Shown: piece by piece, positions 53,282-53,417 of the stretch
How the letters are laid out: every line of letters starts with the position of its first letter
Numbering within the stretch: the first letter of the stretch is position 1
Made by a program: the position numbers and the translations under genes
Notes under the pieces: model-generated
Database searches by the model: none
The model's input: only the letters and a program-made list of their open reading frames with translations
Told to the model about the DNA's origin: nothing
Virus record (IMG/VR): IMGVR_UViG_3300015194_000001
Span: 1-53,417 of that record
DNA: 53,417 nucleotides
Reading direction: 5' to 3' (one strand)
DNA from: a virus
Taxonomy: Duplodnaviria; Caudoviricetes

Positions 53282-53417
53282 ATGTACAGCGACACCAACT
53301 TCGCATCCAAAAAAGCGCTACGGGAAGCGCTTGCCGCGGGCAAACAGATCACCTGCCACAGCCCGGGCCCGTGGCCTTGCCCCGACAGCGGCTGGATCAG
53401 CCTCGAAGGGCCCCACT
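53282..53417 (+). CDS. Hypothetical protein, 3'-truncated by window edge
   Basis: AAAGGAG RBS; MYSDTNFASKKALREALAAG...LEGPH open to the window end. Confidence 0.65.
   Translation, partial: MYSDTNFASKKALREALAAGKQITCHSPGPWPCPDSGWISLEGPH

Overview
A 53.4 kb segment of a GC-rich, tailed dsDNA phage with a long non-contractile tail (siphovirus-type). The host is probably a Beta- or Gammaproteobacterium, inferred from Gram-negative spanins and a canonical CTGT-N8-ACAG LexA box. The + strand at 1-9317 carries the end of a replication/recombination module: family A DNA polymerase (5'-truncated), HNH proteins, a J-domain protein, ThyX, a PD-(D/E)XK nuclease and an Mre11/Rad50 (SbcD/SbcC)-like pair. 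The - strand at 9314-49371 is one long late region. In transcription order it runs: HTH protein, terminase small and large subunits, portal, an 8.8 kb accessory structural block, S49 protease with nested scaffold, decoration protein, major capsid, head-tail genes, tail tube, frameshifted tail chaperones, tape measure, tail tip genes, lysis cassette and a secreted DUF1996 protein. The region 49372-53417 is a control/early region with host-factor-like sites, overlapping hairpins, a CTAG-rich repeat segment and small early ORFs. The most notable feature is a candidate modular rope-and-bead fibre system: a 1341-aa Gly/Ala/Ser/Thr protein with about 60 repeats of 18-20 aa, a nearby 145-aa putative bead subunit, a tandem-fused bead paralogue in the tail tip, and several tail proteins with short repeat tracts. 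No integrase, tRNA, CRISPR array or reverse transcriptase was seen. All family assignments come from motif recognition by eye, not from database searches.
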